Shown: positions 25,097 through 39,442, counted from the stretch's first letter. The stretch is DNA of 64,000 nucleotides from Mobula hypostoma (GCF_963921235.1 NC_086107.1:100194001-100258000); one strand, 5' to 3'. Translations and numbers: made by a program. Notes: generated by a model from the sequence alone, not told the origin.

Positions 25097-27085
25097 CTTT
25101 GCCAAAACACGAACCTATATGCAGTATAAGAGCCATAATTGGGCCAATTATTATTAAGGTTTTATAAAATGCATAACTGTGTATTTTATGCTGCAGCTGA
25201 TAACATCAGGGCACACTTGCTCCTTTCCCCTCAGCTTTATGTAAATTCTTTCTGAGTAATTTTGTGATGTGCATAAACCTGTTAACTGGAAGAACAGGCT
25301 CATGTCTTCAGCAGCACAACCCATTGAAGAAAAGTTATGATTTAATCCTCTTGTAGATCAGTTTTTTAAATTGCGGTTCTGCATTTCTCAGCTAGTGTTC
25401 TGGCTTGGCCTGGAGTTGAACTTGTGGAGGAATTTTTTTTCCATTAGCTTTAAATGTGTTTTGTTTAATTTGGCTAACTTTGGGTTGCCTTTTTAGTATT
25501 CAGATTCAGGAATGTAGCATTTTGTTAGACAATGGCTATTGAAACTAGTGTCTAGGCATAGAAGCAACTCTTCCTTTGACAATCCTATTAAACCGTGTGG
25601 CTGGGCTCACAGATATTATACAATTCAGTAACTCGGAGACATCAATCAATATTGTATTCATGATCCCGTTGATGAATTGAAAATCCACTTGCAGATGTGT
25701 CACTGGCAGTTCTTCATACAATAGAATAGAAATTATTCATTTCTGCCTGGAATCTGGAGTTACCCTAGTTGCCGCAGGCTAGCTGATCACTGCCTGAGAG
25801 ATTTCAGTGGATTTTATTTCAGTTTATGTGTTTCTCTTTCTGAATTATGTAAATTGCCTCAGGAAGCAACAGAAAATAATCACTCCTAACTGGAAGCCTG
25901 TCTGTTCAGTTTCTTTGTGCTACTCTGAAGCTAATCCAGTGTGCATTCCCAGCATCCATTTCCAGTAAATGTGACAATCCTGTTTTACTTTAATACCTTA
26001 GGAAAGCATTCCATTTTTTTTATTGAAGAGAATAAGACAGTGCACCTTTTTCTTTGTTGTCAATAATTGTTTTTAGGCTGTGATCTAATTTGGAAATCTG
26101 GTAATTTCATTCATGGGAATTCCCAGTTTTGTACAAGTAAGCTTCTGACTGGTACTGCCAGTTCTCATGGCACACTTTCCTGCGTAGCAGAATAAAAACA
26201 TTACAGCTCCCACCCAAGTCAGTTATTTGCGAAGTGCTTTGCTTGGAACAGCTATTTCTTCTCAGATCCCTGGACAAATGGGGTACAGTACTGGTACTGA
26301 GAGAAGCAGCACTTAACACTGCAGATGATACCAGCCAAGCCTGGCTAGTTCTGAAACTCTTCTGAAGATGTTATTTTGTGCATTGACATCTAAGAAGACT
26401 GTTGAAAGGAAACGCATGGATATATATATTCATTTTTTAATCTTATGAGTATTGCTTCATAACAATATTGGGAACTGTTTTGAAAGTTGTACTGGATTTG
26501 TAAAATGACTTCATTTCTGTGATTCAGTTAAGGACCAAATATATATTTAAACATGAAAATATAATCAAGAAAAAAAATCACTAATAGATTCTCATTTTAT
26601 ATATGTAATGTAACCAATTGCTCTGACCAATCATGATCTTTTATTGAGCTTTGGGCTCCAATTTAAAAAAAATACATTTCAAAAAAAAACTGGAAAATGT
26701 GCTAATGTTTTAAACTGCACAGTTTTAAATTCACTATCTGGTGAGGGGTGCAATGTACACTGGGTGTGTCAGGAGATCCTACAAATTCTCCTTTATTCAG
26801 GTTGGGACCTTAGTTTGAGACTTGTTTTTAATGTTGTACATTCCTAACACACTGGGCTGAAAGAGTGAAAAATGTCTCTCCATTCTAAATGCTGCAACAT
26901 TTGTTTCACATGAGCAGTTGCTCTGTTTTTCTTGCTATAGAAACTATTTGAATTTACAACACGTATATTTTTATAAAAGTGCCTTAAGCATGTGTCGCAC
27001 CAGTGCCGCTAAATGGAATTGTAACAGTCATTTGCAGATGTTACCACAGACATGTTACAAATAAAGTTTATTGGAAGTTTTTTGC
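25097..27085 (+). other. myh9: myh9 3' UTR (approximate end)
   Basis: Repeat-free AT-rich stretch after the stop, ending at an AATAAA followed by a U-rich downstream element. Confidence 0.6.
27060..27065 (+). terminator. Likely myh9 polyadenylation signal
   Basis: AATAAA followed by gtttattggaagttttttgctcatcttgttt; an alternative AATAAA lies at 26191-26196. Confidence 0.6.
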
Positions 27086-29459
27086 TCATCTTGTTTATTA
27101 GCATTGCTACTTCATGGGGACGTTTACGAGAATAATTCCATTTTTGTGTACCTTGTGCTGTTCCACAGGTTTGATTACAGCTTTGTGTAGCTTGAAATAG
27201 TCATATTTCTTGTGTTTTTTACTTATTAGCCTTGGGTTACCAGTTGTGCACATAAAGTGCCGTGCTTTATTGTGCAGTGAACCTCCTGGTTCCAAATGGA
27301 ATTGAAGGCTTTAGATGGGACAAAGGCATCCTGGAGCATAACTGACTTCTGGATCTTTTTACTACTCAATTCTCTTTCAGCAATGTGCTTCCTCAACCTG
27401 AGTGATGTAATCCTATTAATGCCATTATTGCTGCTGTATACCCAAAACTTGGAGTGTCTCTCCTGTGGATGTGTCCAACTCCAAACTTGTCAAAAAGCTT
27501 GAAGTATCTTACATTTTAAAGGCAAGCAACAGATTGACTGTGCTGTTAGAATGCTTGCTTACATCTAGTTCCTCCAAAGTATCCTTAAATGTATGTCCTC
27601 GTCTGACTTGGAAATGGGACTATTCCACGCCTTTGCTCCCTCATGTTCAAGGTAAATGGAAACTAGTCCTCGTCAGCTCCAAGCTCTGCAGCCCTAACAT
27701 AATATGCCCTACCCTTTGAGACTTGTAGCATTGGGTAATCATGGGCGTTTTGGGGCTTAGTGGCTCAATAACATCCACGGCCAGGCCTCACAGTTTTAGT
27801 GCCCACTCATCTTGCCTTTCGCACTCGGGTAACCTGGTTTCCCACTGACTTCACCTGTAGTATTCAAGTGACTCAACTACAGAGAAATCATCTGTACTGC
27901 AGTCATCATTATTTCTATGGCCATTCATCTCTTCTTCATGCCTCACATTTCAAGTGTAACTTCATCCTGATGGCTATTGAACTATAAAACCATTCACTCA
28001 AACATACATGACTGGATCAAAGTTTTCTGTCCAAACTCTCACTTCCAATCTCTCCAATGCTTGACTTTAAAATGCCTGCAAGTTCCACCTACTTTCTAGT
28101 GTCAGCCATATGACCACAGATTTGGCATATGTTTCTTCTGGTCTCTGGATTACATATCCTTTCAATGTATTTGCATGCAACCATGTCTGTAGCTTGTACA
28201 CTAGTAGGCGCAATGTCTTGTATGCCTTGGGCTCTACCATCAAAGACACATTGACCGTATTTATTAGTATCATGCCTTCCCCCAACATTTCCCTTAACCA
28301 TCAACATCTGCTTCCAGGAACCTTCTTTTCCCCTTTTCGTACAAGCTCACCAACAAATTCCCCTCAGCCACCATCTACCATCATGACTACCTTATCAAAA
28401 GAGTTCATTTTTTATCTTGCATTGAATCCCCTTCCTTCTACTCCCTCAAGCCACCACAATACAAGCTTAAAAGCCGGTACAGTGGCTGTTTCAAGCTGGT
28501 GCAAAGGTAGAACTACCAATAAGACGCTCTTTGTTGAAGGTGTTAAACTCTCAACTTGCATCATTCTTCCAGATGCTGCTGTATCCAAAGTCCTAACACA
28601 TGCTCTACTCAGTTCCTAAAGTTACATTTAAACACTACACCCTTCTTAGCCAGTACTCCCAACCTTGTGAATAACTTGCTTCCACTCCAGTTTGGGGAGA
28701 CTGAAGTTAACCCGGAATCAGGAAGCCCTTAACAGGGCAGATGGGCAGTTGAATGATTTATAAGGTGGTGCTGGCCCTTACACAAATCTGTATACTCCTG
28801 GTGCATGGGCTTGGGCTTCTCAATGCTATCTCAAATGCTGCTCCTTCACTTAAAACAATCATAAGCCAGGGGTTGCTGGGCATGATACAGTTTTTCAGTG
28901 AGGCTTTACATATTCTTGTATATTTGCCACCTTTCACTTTCTAATCTCCTCCTGTGACAGAGCTCAGAATTGAGTGACTCTTCTAGGAGTCCAATTGTTA
29001 GGCCTGCTCAACAACCAAAATTATCCAGGACATCAATGTTGGAGATGTTCGCTTGGGAGAAGACACCAGTGTTAGTTGTTTATACCAACAGTACACTTGG
29101 AGGATCTTGCTGATCTTTCTGGTGCCCTAAGATGTCTGTTGTTAGGAGTCAAGAATTACATAAAGCAGCCATCACTGTAGCCCAATAATTTTATGTCAGG
29201 TCTGGGTTACAAGTGCCCTTTTAATTCATCCAACACTCTGCTGGTTGCTTAATGACAAGTTTGCCTTTCAGAGATGCTTCCTAAGATAAGTGAAGTGGTC
29301 CATGTTTGGAAATTGTCAGACATGGGATTTCATTTGAAGACTACAGAGGAGCGGCAGCAGGGTTTAATACAGACAAGAACCAACCAGTCTTAAAAAAATA
29401 TATATATTTAAATGTAAAATAAAAGCTGTTAACAGTCTTGAAATTAAAAGATGTATATG

Positions 29460-30660
29460 AAGGTTCTGGTCACTTCATAATAGTAAGGATGTGGAAGCTT
29501 TAGCAAGGGTGCAGAGCAGATTTACCAGGATGCTGCCTGGATTCGAGTGCAAATCTTATGAAGATGGATTGAGTGAGCTGGAGATTTTCTCTTTGGAGTG
29601 AAGGAGGATGAGAGATGACTTGGAGGTATACAAGATGATAAGAGACATAGATGGTGGATAGCCAGAGACTTTATCCCAGGGTGAAAATGACTAATTCAAG
29701 GGGCATAATTTTTAAGGTGATTGGAGGAAAGTGTAGATGGGTGTCAAAGGTAAGTTCTTTACACAGTGGTGTGAGCGTGGAATGCCCTGCCAGGGGTGGT
29801 AGTGGAGGTACTTTAGGGACATTTCTTTCTTTTCTTTTTCAATCTTTTTATTAATGTCAAAATACAGAAACAGAACATAGCCATAATACAAATAGAAGGA
29901 GATGTATTGTTACACTTAAAAAAAATTAATTGCAAAACCAAGTAGTGGAAATTAACAAAACTCTCAAACATGTAGAACTAACCACGGATAATACAAAATA
30001 AAAAAAAACAAAACAAAAAAAAACCCATCCCCAAAGAAAAACAAAATTAATCAACTAGCCTAAAAGACTTGGGCAAAACCAACAACTTAAAAATGGAAAA
30101 GAAGAAAACCTTAGTGTCGACGACTCCAATCCCCTCCAACAACAATACAGAGAGATAAAACAAGTTTGGAAATGATCAAATTACATCAAATGAAAATGCT
30201 GAATGAATGGCCTCCAAGTTTTTTCAAACTTAATAGAAGGGTCATAAACTGCACTTCTAATTTTTTCCAAATTCAAACACACCATAGTTTGTGAAAACCA
30301 ATGAAATACAGTAGGAGGGTTGATCTCTTTCCAATTCAACAAAATGGACCTTCTAGCTATTAGAGTAAGAAATGCAATCATCCTTTGTGATGAAGAGGTT
30401 AAATTATTTAAGTCTATCATTGGTAGTCCAAAGATAGCAGTAATTGGATGAGGTTGTAAGTCTATATTTAGGACTGTTGAAATAATATCAAAAATATCTT
30501 TCCAATATTTCTCCAACAAGGGACATGACCAGAACATGTGGGTTAAAGAGGGACATTTAAGAAACTGTTAGGCATGTGGATGATAGAAAAATGGAGGGTT
30601 ATGTAGGAGGGAAGAGTTAGATTGATCTTAGAGTAGGTTAAAAGTTCGCACAACATTGTG
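29460..30660 (+). mobile_element. CR1 3' fragment interrupted by an L1 insertion
   Basis: RVQSRFTRMLPG...FSLE*RRMR CR1 motif; the sequence resumes after the duplicated AGGGACATTT. Confidence 0.75.
29825..30548 (-). mobile_element. 5'-truncated L1-clade LINE with a 10-bp TSD
   Basis: ORF HMFWSCPLLEKYW...ARRSILLNWK...KFEKTWRPF (L1 ORF2 C-terminus); polyA signal (TTTATT at 29847-29852) and T-rich tail; TSD AGGGACATTT at 29815-29824 and 30549-30558. Confidence 0.85.
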
Positions 30661-31136
30661 GGCTTTCTCCCATTTTGTCATCTCCAGTCCCAAAGAAGGG
30701 TTTCAGCCCAAAATGTCAACTGTTTATTCATTTCCATATATTCTGCCTGGACTGCTGAGTTCCTCCAGCATTTTGTGTGTTAATGTGGGCCGAAAGTTGT
30801 TTACAATGCTGTTATGTTCTAAAGAACGGAGGAACTAGCTGCTCAAGATATAGTTTTAAACTGACGTGACCATGAAGTGATCTTGTCTGCATCCACCAAA
30901 AATAAGCAATACACAGTATATTAATTGGCCTGTATCAAACAAGGCACCTACAGCTAAGTACAGTATTTTTCACTCATCTTGCAGAGATCAAGGAGGCCTG
31001 CCAAATTAAACTAAAATTGTCATTTAACACATCAAACATGATCATAGATCATGTTTCAGGCCAAGACCCTTCTTCTGGACTGGCACTACAACGGGTAGAC
31101 ACACTTGCCTAGTGCTTTACCAGAACCAACCTACCC

Positions 31137-31942
31137 ACCATATAACAATTACAGCATAGAAACAGGCCATCTTGACCCTTCTAGTCCATGCCGAACTCTT
31201 ACTCTCACCTAGTCCCACCAACCCGCACTCAGCCCATGACCCTCCATTCCTTTCCTGTCCGTATAGCTGTCCAATTTAACTTTAAACGACAACATCGAAT
31301 CTGCCTCAGCCACTTCTGGAAGCTCGTTCCACACAGCTACCACATTGACTAAAGAAGTTCCCCCTCATGTTACCCCTAAACTTTTGCCCTTTAACTCTCA
31401 ACTCATGTCCTCTTGTTTGAATCTCCCCCACTCTCAATGGAAAAAGCCTATCCACATCAACTCTATCTATCCCCCTCATAATTTTACATACCCTCTCAAA
31501 TCCCCCCTCAACCTTCTACATTCCAAAGAATAAAGACCCAACTTGTTCAACCTTTCTCTGTAACTTAGGTGATGTAACCCAGGTAACATTCTAGTAAACC
31601 TTCTCTGTACTCTCTCTATTTTGTTGACATCTTTCCTATAATTCGGTGACCAAAACTGTGCACAATACTCCAAATTTGGCCTCACCAATGTCTTGTACAA
31701 TTTCAACATTACATCCTAACTCCTATACTCAATGCTCTGATTTATAAAGGCCAGCATACCAAAAGCTTTCTTCACCACCCTATCCACATGAGATTCCACC
31801 TTCAGGGAACTATGCACCATTATTCCTAGATTCCTCATTCTGTTCTACTGCATTCTTCAATGCCCTACCATTTACCATGTATGACCTATTTTGATTAGTC
31901 CTACCAAAATGTAGCACCTCACATTTATCAGCATTAAACTCA
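31137..31942 (-). mobile_element. CR1 LINE 3' fragment
   Basis: EFNADKCEVLHFGR and LYKTLVRPNLEYCAQFWSP...ERVQRRFTRMLPGL...LYSLECRRLRGDL. Confidence 0.9.
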
Positions 31943-33355
31943 AGGACATATATAAAGAAAGGTCCAGTAACATCATGGAGGATCTCCACCCACCTCATGG
32001 GACTGTTTGTCCCACTCCCATCAGGGAGAAGGCTACGTAGCATCCACACCACACCCACAGTGACTTTCACCAAACAGTAAAGCTGATTAACACCTCCAGT
32101 CACTAACCCACCCAACCAAACCCCCAAACACCACTACATTATTTCCTGTCTGCCAGTCACCTTAAGTACAAACACTCCTCTGCCTAGCGTCACTTTTTTG
32201 GACATAAGCTATCTTATGTTTTGGTTTATTATTATTGTTCTTTATTTTATGTGGGTGTTTTTTTGGTGCTGATTCAGATCTGGAGAGTTTACCGATATCT
32301 TAAATTTCTCACTTCAGCAGTATGAGGTACCCACCCGCTTCAAGCAGGCTTCAGTTATACTGGTGCCTCGGAGGAATGTGGTAATCTCCCTAAATTAATA
32401 TCCACTAGCACTTACCTCAACCTGGGGTCCGTGGCAGAAAAGGTTGGGAACCCTTGATTTACGTCCATTTTGATCAAGTGTTTTGAGAGGTCGGCAATAA
32501 AACAGCAACTCCTGTCTGAGAAGCAACTTGGATCTACCCCAGTTTACTTACTGGCACTATTTTAGCTCTCTTTTAGTACTATGTATTTAATTTATAATTT
32601 GTGATTTATGGTATCTTTATACACTGCAGCTGCCAGAAAACAACAAAGTTCACACACATGTCAGTGATATTGAAATCTGATTGTGAAACGACAACCATCA
32701 GGCTTCTGAACCAGTGTGAATAAGTTCACTCATCTCAAATCTGAACTGATTCCACAACCTGCAGGCTTACTTTCAAGAACTCTACAACTCATGTTCTCAG
32801 TATTATTTTTCATTATCTGCACAGTTTGTTTTCTTTTGCACATTGGTTATTTGTCAGTCTTTGACTTTGTATAGTTCTTCATCAATTCTATTGTAGTTTA
32901 TTTTCCTGCAAGCAAATGAATCTCAGGGTAGTATATATGTTAACATACAGTACATGTACTTTGATAATTTATTTTGACTGGAGAATTAGCCTAGTTAATT
33001 ATGCACAAATTTGACTACAGTGAGGATGCTTTTCAACTGAGCTCAGACTGATTAACGAGGTGATGACAACCTGGAAATAAGCCATAGTCATTTTCATTTC
33101 TATCTGTCTCTCTGTGTAGGATTATGCCCCAGGCTATCATATATGCAATGAACCTTTTGCATAACAGAAATGCCTATCATGTGGCCCTTTTTTTTTTGCC
33201 AGTTATTTATCTTTGGAGACAGATGTTCTTCAGCCCTCTTGTTTAGAAATAATTTGACACCTCCCCAATTATTGGACAGGTTCCTTGAAGGGTATTTGGG
33301 TTTCAAACGCTGTGTGTGCATGAGACTAGAATGTGGAACAAAAACAAACTGCTGG

Positions 33356-33393
33356 AGTAGCCTGATGAAGGGTCTCGGCCCGAAGCGTCGACT
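33356..33393 (+). ncRNA. Hammerhead motif copy with a core mutation (GAAGC instead of GAAAC), in a Penelope-like terminus at 33340-33482
   Basis: cctgatgaagggtctcggcccgaagcgtcgact. Confidence 0.5.
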
Positions 33394-36389
33394 GCTTAAT
33401 CTTTTCCATAGATGCTGCCTGGCCTGCTGAGTTGCTCCAGCATTTTGAGTGCGTTGTTTGGATTTCTAGCATCTGCAGTTTTTCACTTGTTGCTGGAGAG
33501 TCTGGCAGCATCCGTGTAAGAGCCAATAGCACAGTAGGTGTTAGATGAACTGCAGAGGGGTGAAAGTTCATCTATCATCCACTGAATCCTGTTCCACCTT
33601 CCCCCATCTGCCTGCTCCACTTCCTGTTCTGGGCCCTGACATGAAGATCTGACAATTCCCTTTTCCTGACAAATGTTGCTCCTCCAGCAGTTCCCTTTTG
33701 CTTTGGAGATCAAGCGTTTGACACATTTTCCCCCCACGTTATAAATTGGACTGTTAAAGAAAGCTGACAGTGATTAATGAAATGCAGATATCACCTATCT
33801 TATTTCCAGGACTAGAAACTTTACTTTGGGGAGTAAAATAAGGGAGCAGATGAAAATGGGTATAGGGCAAGTGGTTGCTAAGAAACAAGTTAGAAATTTA
33901 CGTATCTCTCAGCAAATATCTGGTTGTACATCATGTCCCTTAGCCATGGTAGGGTGGTTCACAGTAGAACTGATTCTTTTTCAGCTAGTCATTGAAGGTG
34001 AAATTATCTAAGAAAACTTGGATTCACTGAGATGAAAGAAACTTGTGACTAGCCTGACATGAAACTGGACTGCGTAGGACATATATTTCTTTTACTGCAA
34101 ATAAATAAGGATGCAACCAACCATAATCAAATCTGATTGGGGTGAATTGGCGTTACATCATATTTAGTGTTTGGGACTTTTTTGCCACAGTCACGGCCAA
34201 ATGTAGACACTGAATCAATGGTTCAATTTAATATATAGAGAATGCATAGAGTATACAACCTGAAGTTCTTACTCTTCACAGACATCCACGAAACAAGTTA
34301 AACCCCAAAGAATGATACAAAAAGCTAGAATGCTTTTTAGCACCCCACAAGCAGCAGCAAAAGCATTATTCCCCCCTCCATTTCTCCAGCATAAACATCT
34401 ACACCCACCTTGCAAGCTAAGGCAAAGCCCCCAATGAGACCATGATCTGGAGTCCATCAAAAACTACAGTCCACCCCAACACTTCGACGTCTCACAGGCT
34501 CTCTCTCTCACTAATGAGGGAGAACAAGGTGTTGCTCCTGCCTCAGTGAGAGGGGAGACCAACAGCTCACAGTTCTGGAGCACTTCTGCCCCCAAACATG
34601 CATTATCCTCTGCAGTAAAAGGTAGCCATACCCTGGCACTGGGGCAAGGTTCATGGATTTCAGTGTGTTGTTTTGCACACTGACGTGCATCTTTGCAGCG
34701 TTGTGGGATTAAAGTTAGCAATGGCAATGAACCATCCTGTAATCAAAAAGCAAAGAGCTACAAATGCTGGACCACTGAAAGAAAATGGGAATCGAGGAAA
34801 ATGCTCGTCAGCTCGGGCAGCAGGAGAGAGAACTGATGTTTGATTTCCGTTACCTTTCATAAGAACTCGGACCTTCCCGGTGAGAGGTTGTGAATCCGAA
34901 ATTTGACTCTGCTTCTTCCTGCACAGATGCTGCACGATCTGCCCTGTGTAGGGGGAGAAGTGGAAGGAAAACATTGCAGTTAGCCTTGATAATGACTGAC
35001 ATGTACAAAGAAATCAGAGTTTTAAGAAGGTACATGTTCAACCACTGGTGAACAACCATGGCTGTATTAGACCTCCTTAATTACAGTGGAGAATTACCAA
35101 AGGTTTCTCTGTTTCACTGGGAAGGGATTCAATATGTATTCATTTTTGGCTTTTCTATAGCATCAGTGGTTTGCATAAAGTGCTGGGTGTAACATCTGAC
35201 TAAATCTAAATGCAATTGCCTCACAAGATCAGCGTCCTTTTTTTTTGCTCCACACAACTGCACAGCAGATAATTTACATCTTCCAAAGGTTTGCTTTCAG
35301 CAATCAGATACTGGTCAAGGACGTGTGTAGGATATACAGAGGAGCAATTTCTCTTTCTCCCCCTCCTGACAATGATAGAATCACCTGCAGGAATTAAAAA
35401 TAAAACCTGAGCTCAGTTCGTGCAGCAATCAGCTGGAGTTAAGAGCTACTGGACAGCTGCCAGGCAACAGGCAAGCCAACAGTTGTGTGTGGTCTAAAAC
35501 CTGAGTGTTTACTGTAACACGAAGTGAGGCACAAACTCACTTCTGTTCCTCGGTTAAGATGTGAGTTCACAATCAGTTTTAATATCACCAGCATATGTCA
35601 TGAAATTTTGTTAACTCTGCGACAGCAGTACAATGCAGTACATGATAATATAGCAGAAAAAGCGGAATTACAGTAAGTGTGTGTGTATATTTTTATATAT
35701 ATATATATATAAAAAGGTTAAATTAAATAAGTAGTGCAAAAACAGAAATTAAAAAATAGTGAGGTCATGTTCCTGGTTTCAGTGTCTATTCAGAAATCGG
35801 ATGGCAGAAGGAAAGAAGCTGTTCCTGAATTGTTGAGAGTGTGCCTTCCGGTTTCTGTACCTCCTTCCTGATGGCAACAATGAGAAGAAAGCATGTCCTC
35901 TAATCACAAACAAGAGAAAATCTGCAGATGCTGGAAATCCAAGCAACACACACAAAATGCTGGAGGAACTCAGCAGGCCAGGCAGCATCTATGGAAAGAA
36001 GTATGGTCGACATTTAGGGCCTCCAATAAATTTTTTTTGTGTCAGGATGATATGGTACTGGAGGTTAATTTTGGCCCAGTGTTCGTTTACATTAGAAGCA
36101 TGAATGTCAAACACTTGCATTCACCTTGAACTTTAGTCTCCCAGCTGCAGGATCCAAACAGCTGAGGTCAGATGTTTCTGAGAGCTGTGTGTGTCAGCTC
36201 CAATCTTTCTGACTGGAGAAATAATTTACCTTCCTGTCTGTCATATGACTACACATATTCAAACAACCACGCCATCAAGCATGGTTCATTGTTAAGTACA
36301 TTTAGAGATCCCATTGAAGCATAAAAAATTCTTAAGGTTTGTTTAAGCGATAATGGTCAGCATAAAGTTTTACAGTGCCAGTGACGGAA

Positions 36390-37020
36390 TCAGAATTAGG
36401 TTTAATATCACCAGCATGTGCCTTGAAATTTGTTGTCATGCGGCAGCAGTACAATGCGATACATAGTACTGGAGAGAGAGAAACTAAATTACAGTAAGTA
36501 TATATTTAATATATATACAGTGAAGTTAAATAAGGAGTGAGGGAGTGTTCATGGGTTCAATGTCCATTCAGAAATGGGATGGCAGAGGGGAAGAAGCTGT
36601 TCCTGAATCTCTGAGTGTGTGCCTTCAGGCTCCTGTACCTCCTCCCTGATGGCAGCAGAGAGAAGAAGGTTTGTCCTGAGGTGATGGGGGTCCTTGATGA
36701 TGGACGCTGCCTTCCTGAGGCATCGCTCCTTGAAGATGTCCTAGATTTAACGGATGCCAGTGCCCATGATGGAGCTGACTAATTTTACAGCTCTCTACAG
36801 CTTACTTTGATCCCGTGCAGTAGCCCCCTCACCCCATGTCCCCCCCATACCAGACGGTGATGCAGCCAGTCAGAATGCTCTCCCCGGTACATCCGTAGAC
36901 ATTTGAGAGTGTTTTCAGTGACATACTAAATCTCCTCAAACTCCTAATGAAATACAGCCGCTGTCTTGCCTTCTTTATGGCTGCATTGATATGTTGGGTC
37001 CAGGTTAGATCCTCCGAGAT
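36390..37020 (-). mobile_element. Rex1/Babar-like LINE 3' fragment (related copies at ~5090-5460 and ~35570-35900)
   Basis: EDLTWTQHINAAIKKARQRLYFIRSLRRF...ESILTGCITVWYG. Confidence 0.8.
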
Positions 37021-37467
37021 AAGTTTGAGGTTCAATTCTCTCTGCTGTCTGTAAGGAGCATTCACGTTCACCCCCTGACTGCGTGGGCTTCCTGTAGGTG
37101 CTTGATTCCTCCCGCCCACCACCTCACATTCCAAAGATGAGCGAGTTAGGCTTAGTAGGTTTTGGACTTGCTATGTTGGAGCCAGAAGTATGGCGACACG
37201 CGTGGGCTGCCCCCAGCACACCCTCGGACTGTACTAGTTGTTGGCACAAATGACATAGTTCACTGTAGTGTGATCACCATCATTATGTTCTGTGTTGTAT
37301 GACGTGGGTGATCATGGTCTATGAGCATGACTTCTCTAGGCAAATTCTACAGAAGTGGTGTGCCATTGCCTTCTTCCGGGTGGTGTGTGCAAGTCGGGTG
37401 ACCACCAGCCATTATCAATGCTCTTCAGAGATTGCCTGTCACTAGTCGTGTAACTAGGACTTGTGAT

Positions 37468-37812
37468 AGTAGTCATAGTCATAGTCGTACTTTATTGATC
37501 CCAGGGGAAATTGATTTTTGTTACAGTTGCACCATAAATAATTAAATAGTAATAAAACCATAAATAATTAAATAGTAATATGTAAATTATGCCAGGAAAT
37601 AAGTCCTGGCTCAGGGTTGTAAAGTTTGATGGCCACAGGCAGGAATGACTTCCTATGACGCTCTGTGTTGCATCTCGGTGGAATGAGTCTCTGGCTGAAT
37701 GTACTCCTGTGCCCACCCAGTACATTGTGTAGTGGATGGGAGACATTGTCCAAGATGGCATGCAACTTGGACAGCATCCTCTTTTCAGACACCACCGTCA
37801 GAGAGTTCAGTT
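37468..37812 (-). mobile_element. Rex1/Babar-like 3' fragment with an internal deletion
   Basis: VSEKRMLSKLHAILDNVSHPLH...RKSFLPVAIKLYN; (atagtc)n tail. Confidence 0.85.
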
Positions 37813-37849
37813 TTCTCAGTACGCTTTAAGTCTTATTAGTTACCCAGCA

Positions 37850-38045
37850 AACCCCGACTCAGTCTAGCCTAATCACGGGACAGTTTTAAAAGACCAATTA
37901 ACCTACCAACCGGTGCATCTTTGGACCGTGGGAGGAAACTGGAGCACCCGGAGGAAACCCACGCGGTCAAGTGGAGAACGTACAAACTCCTTACAGGCAA
38001 TGGTGGGAATTGAACCCTGGTTGCCTGTACTGTAAAGCATTGTAG
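37850..38045 (-). mobile_element. V-SINE-like element
   Basis: gtgggaggaaactggagcacccggaggaaacccacg is the reverse complement of the V-SINE-like core. Confidence 0.7.
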
Positions 38046-38199
38046 GTAGGTGAGCACAACGGCACACAGTAGCCCAAATTAGACCTCACCAACGTCTCAT
38101 ACAGCTTCAACATCCCAACTCCTTCACTCAATATTTTGATTTATGGCCCATCTGCCAAAAGCTCTCTTTGCAACCCCATCTACTTGTGATGGGTTCCTA

Positions 38200-38790
38200 A
38201 GGTTGTCATAGCCGGGGTGGTAGTGCGGATAAGCTCCCACTACCTATAAAGTGCTCCAAATGGCGTGCATCACTAACAGTCTCTGACAACAAAGTCCAAC
38301 TCTTGGCCTTCAGGTGTGGCTTGGTTACTAAGCCCAGTGGAACTGTTTCTACTGACAAGAGAAGAGGCAAAGGTGAACCACTGGCGCCTTAACACCGGTT
38401 GCTTCAGGCAGGTGGGGCTCATCAGCCTTGGACGTCAGCCCGCCTGGGAGAAGGAAAACTCTGATTTTAAACCTGCGCTGCCTTGCGGCCATACCTGCCC
38501 ATGGGAAATGTTTTGGGAGTAAACCCTGAGGAAGAAATCCGGAGCCGGGGTCCCTAAGGCAGTTTGATGTTGTTTACAGCTTCACTCTGGAAGCGACGAC
38601 ACTGGTGCCAAGCTGTATCGGCGCTTGCCCTTCCCTTGGACTACGTCAGTGATGTGGAGAGGGTGAGCCTGCAGCATGGACAACAGCCGGTTCTTCAAAT
38701 CTTCCCGCCCAGGCTTACGCCCTGGAGAGGACACAGTCCACCAGAGGCGCAAACCCACGATCCCCGGGATTGATGGCTGCCTACTACGTG
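38200..38790 (+). mobile_element. RTE-related non-autonomous repeat inserted in a CR1 fragment
   Basis: Shares its 3' part with the SINE at 4785-5082; flanked by CR1-like minus-strand sequence. Confidence 0.45.
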
Positions 38791-39387
38791 TGATGCCACT
38801 TTCAAGGAATTATGGATCTGTGTTCCTCTGTTCTACCACACTCCTTAGTGCCCTACCACTCACCGTACAGACCCTACCCTGGTTTGTCCTTCCAAAGTGT
38901 AACACCTCACACTTCTCAGCATTAACTTCCATCTGCCATTTTTCAGTCTAGTTTCTCAACTGCTCCAGATTAGAGGCAAGTGAGAAGCTCTTAACTAGAC
39001 ACATGGATGATAGAAAAATGAATACGTAGAAGGAAAGGGTTGGATTGATTTTAGAGAAGGTTAAAAGGTCAGCACAACATCATAGACTGAAATACTTGTG
39101 TTGTGTTGTAATACTCAATGTAGTTGGATTTTCTGAGATAATGATATTTAATTAAGGGATTGTCAATGGATGTTGTTGTGTTCTTGTTGTGTTACTATAT
39201 TTCCTGTTAAAGAAAAATCTTTGAAACTGTATGGTCCTGAGCATGCACAGTATCTTGGGTGTGGTAATGCAGAAAGCAGCTATTGTTCTGTGAATCTCCT
39301 GAATCACACTGATCAAAGGCTTACTGTTTACAGAGTAAACTGATAATGAGCATCAACAAACTGGAAGAGCAGCTGCCGTCATGTTGA

Positions 39388-39388
<1 letters not shown>

Positions 39389-39434
<46 letters not shown>
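39389..39434. repeat. (TG)n microsatellite
   Basis: Read directly from the sequence. Confidence 0.99.
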
Positions 39435-39436
<2 letters not shown>

Positions 39437-39442
39437 TGAATG

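Noticed and set aside
28110..28619. 169-aa intergenic ORF
   Set aside because: No recognisable homology or exon structure; probably degraded repeat sequence
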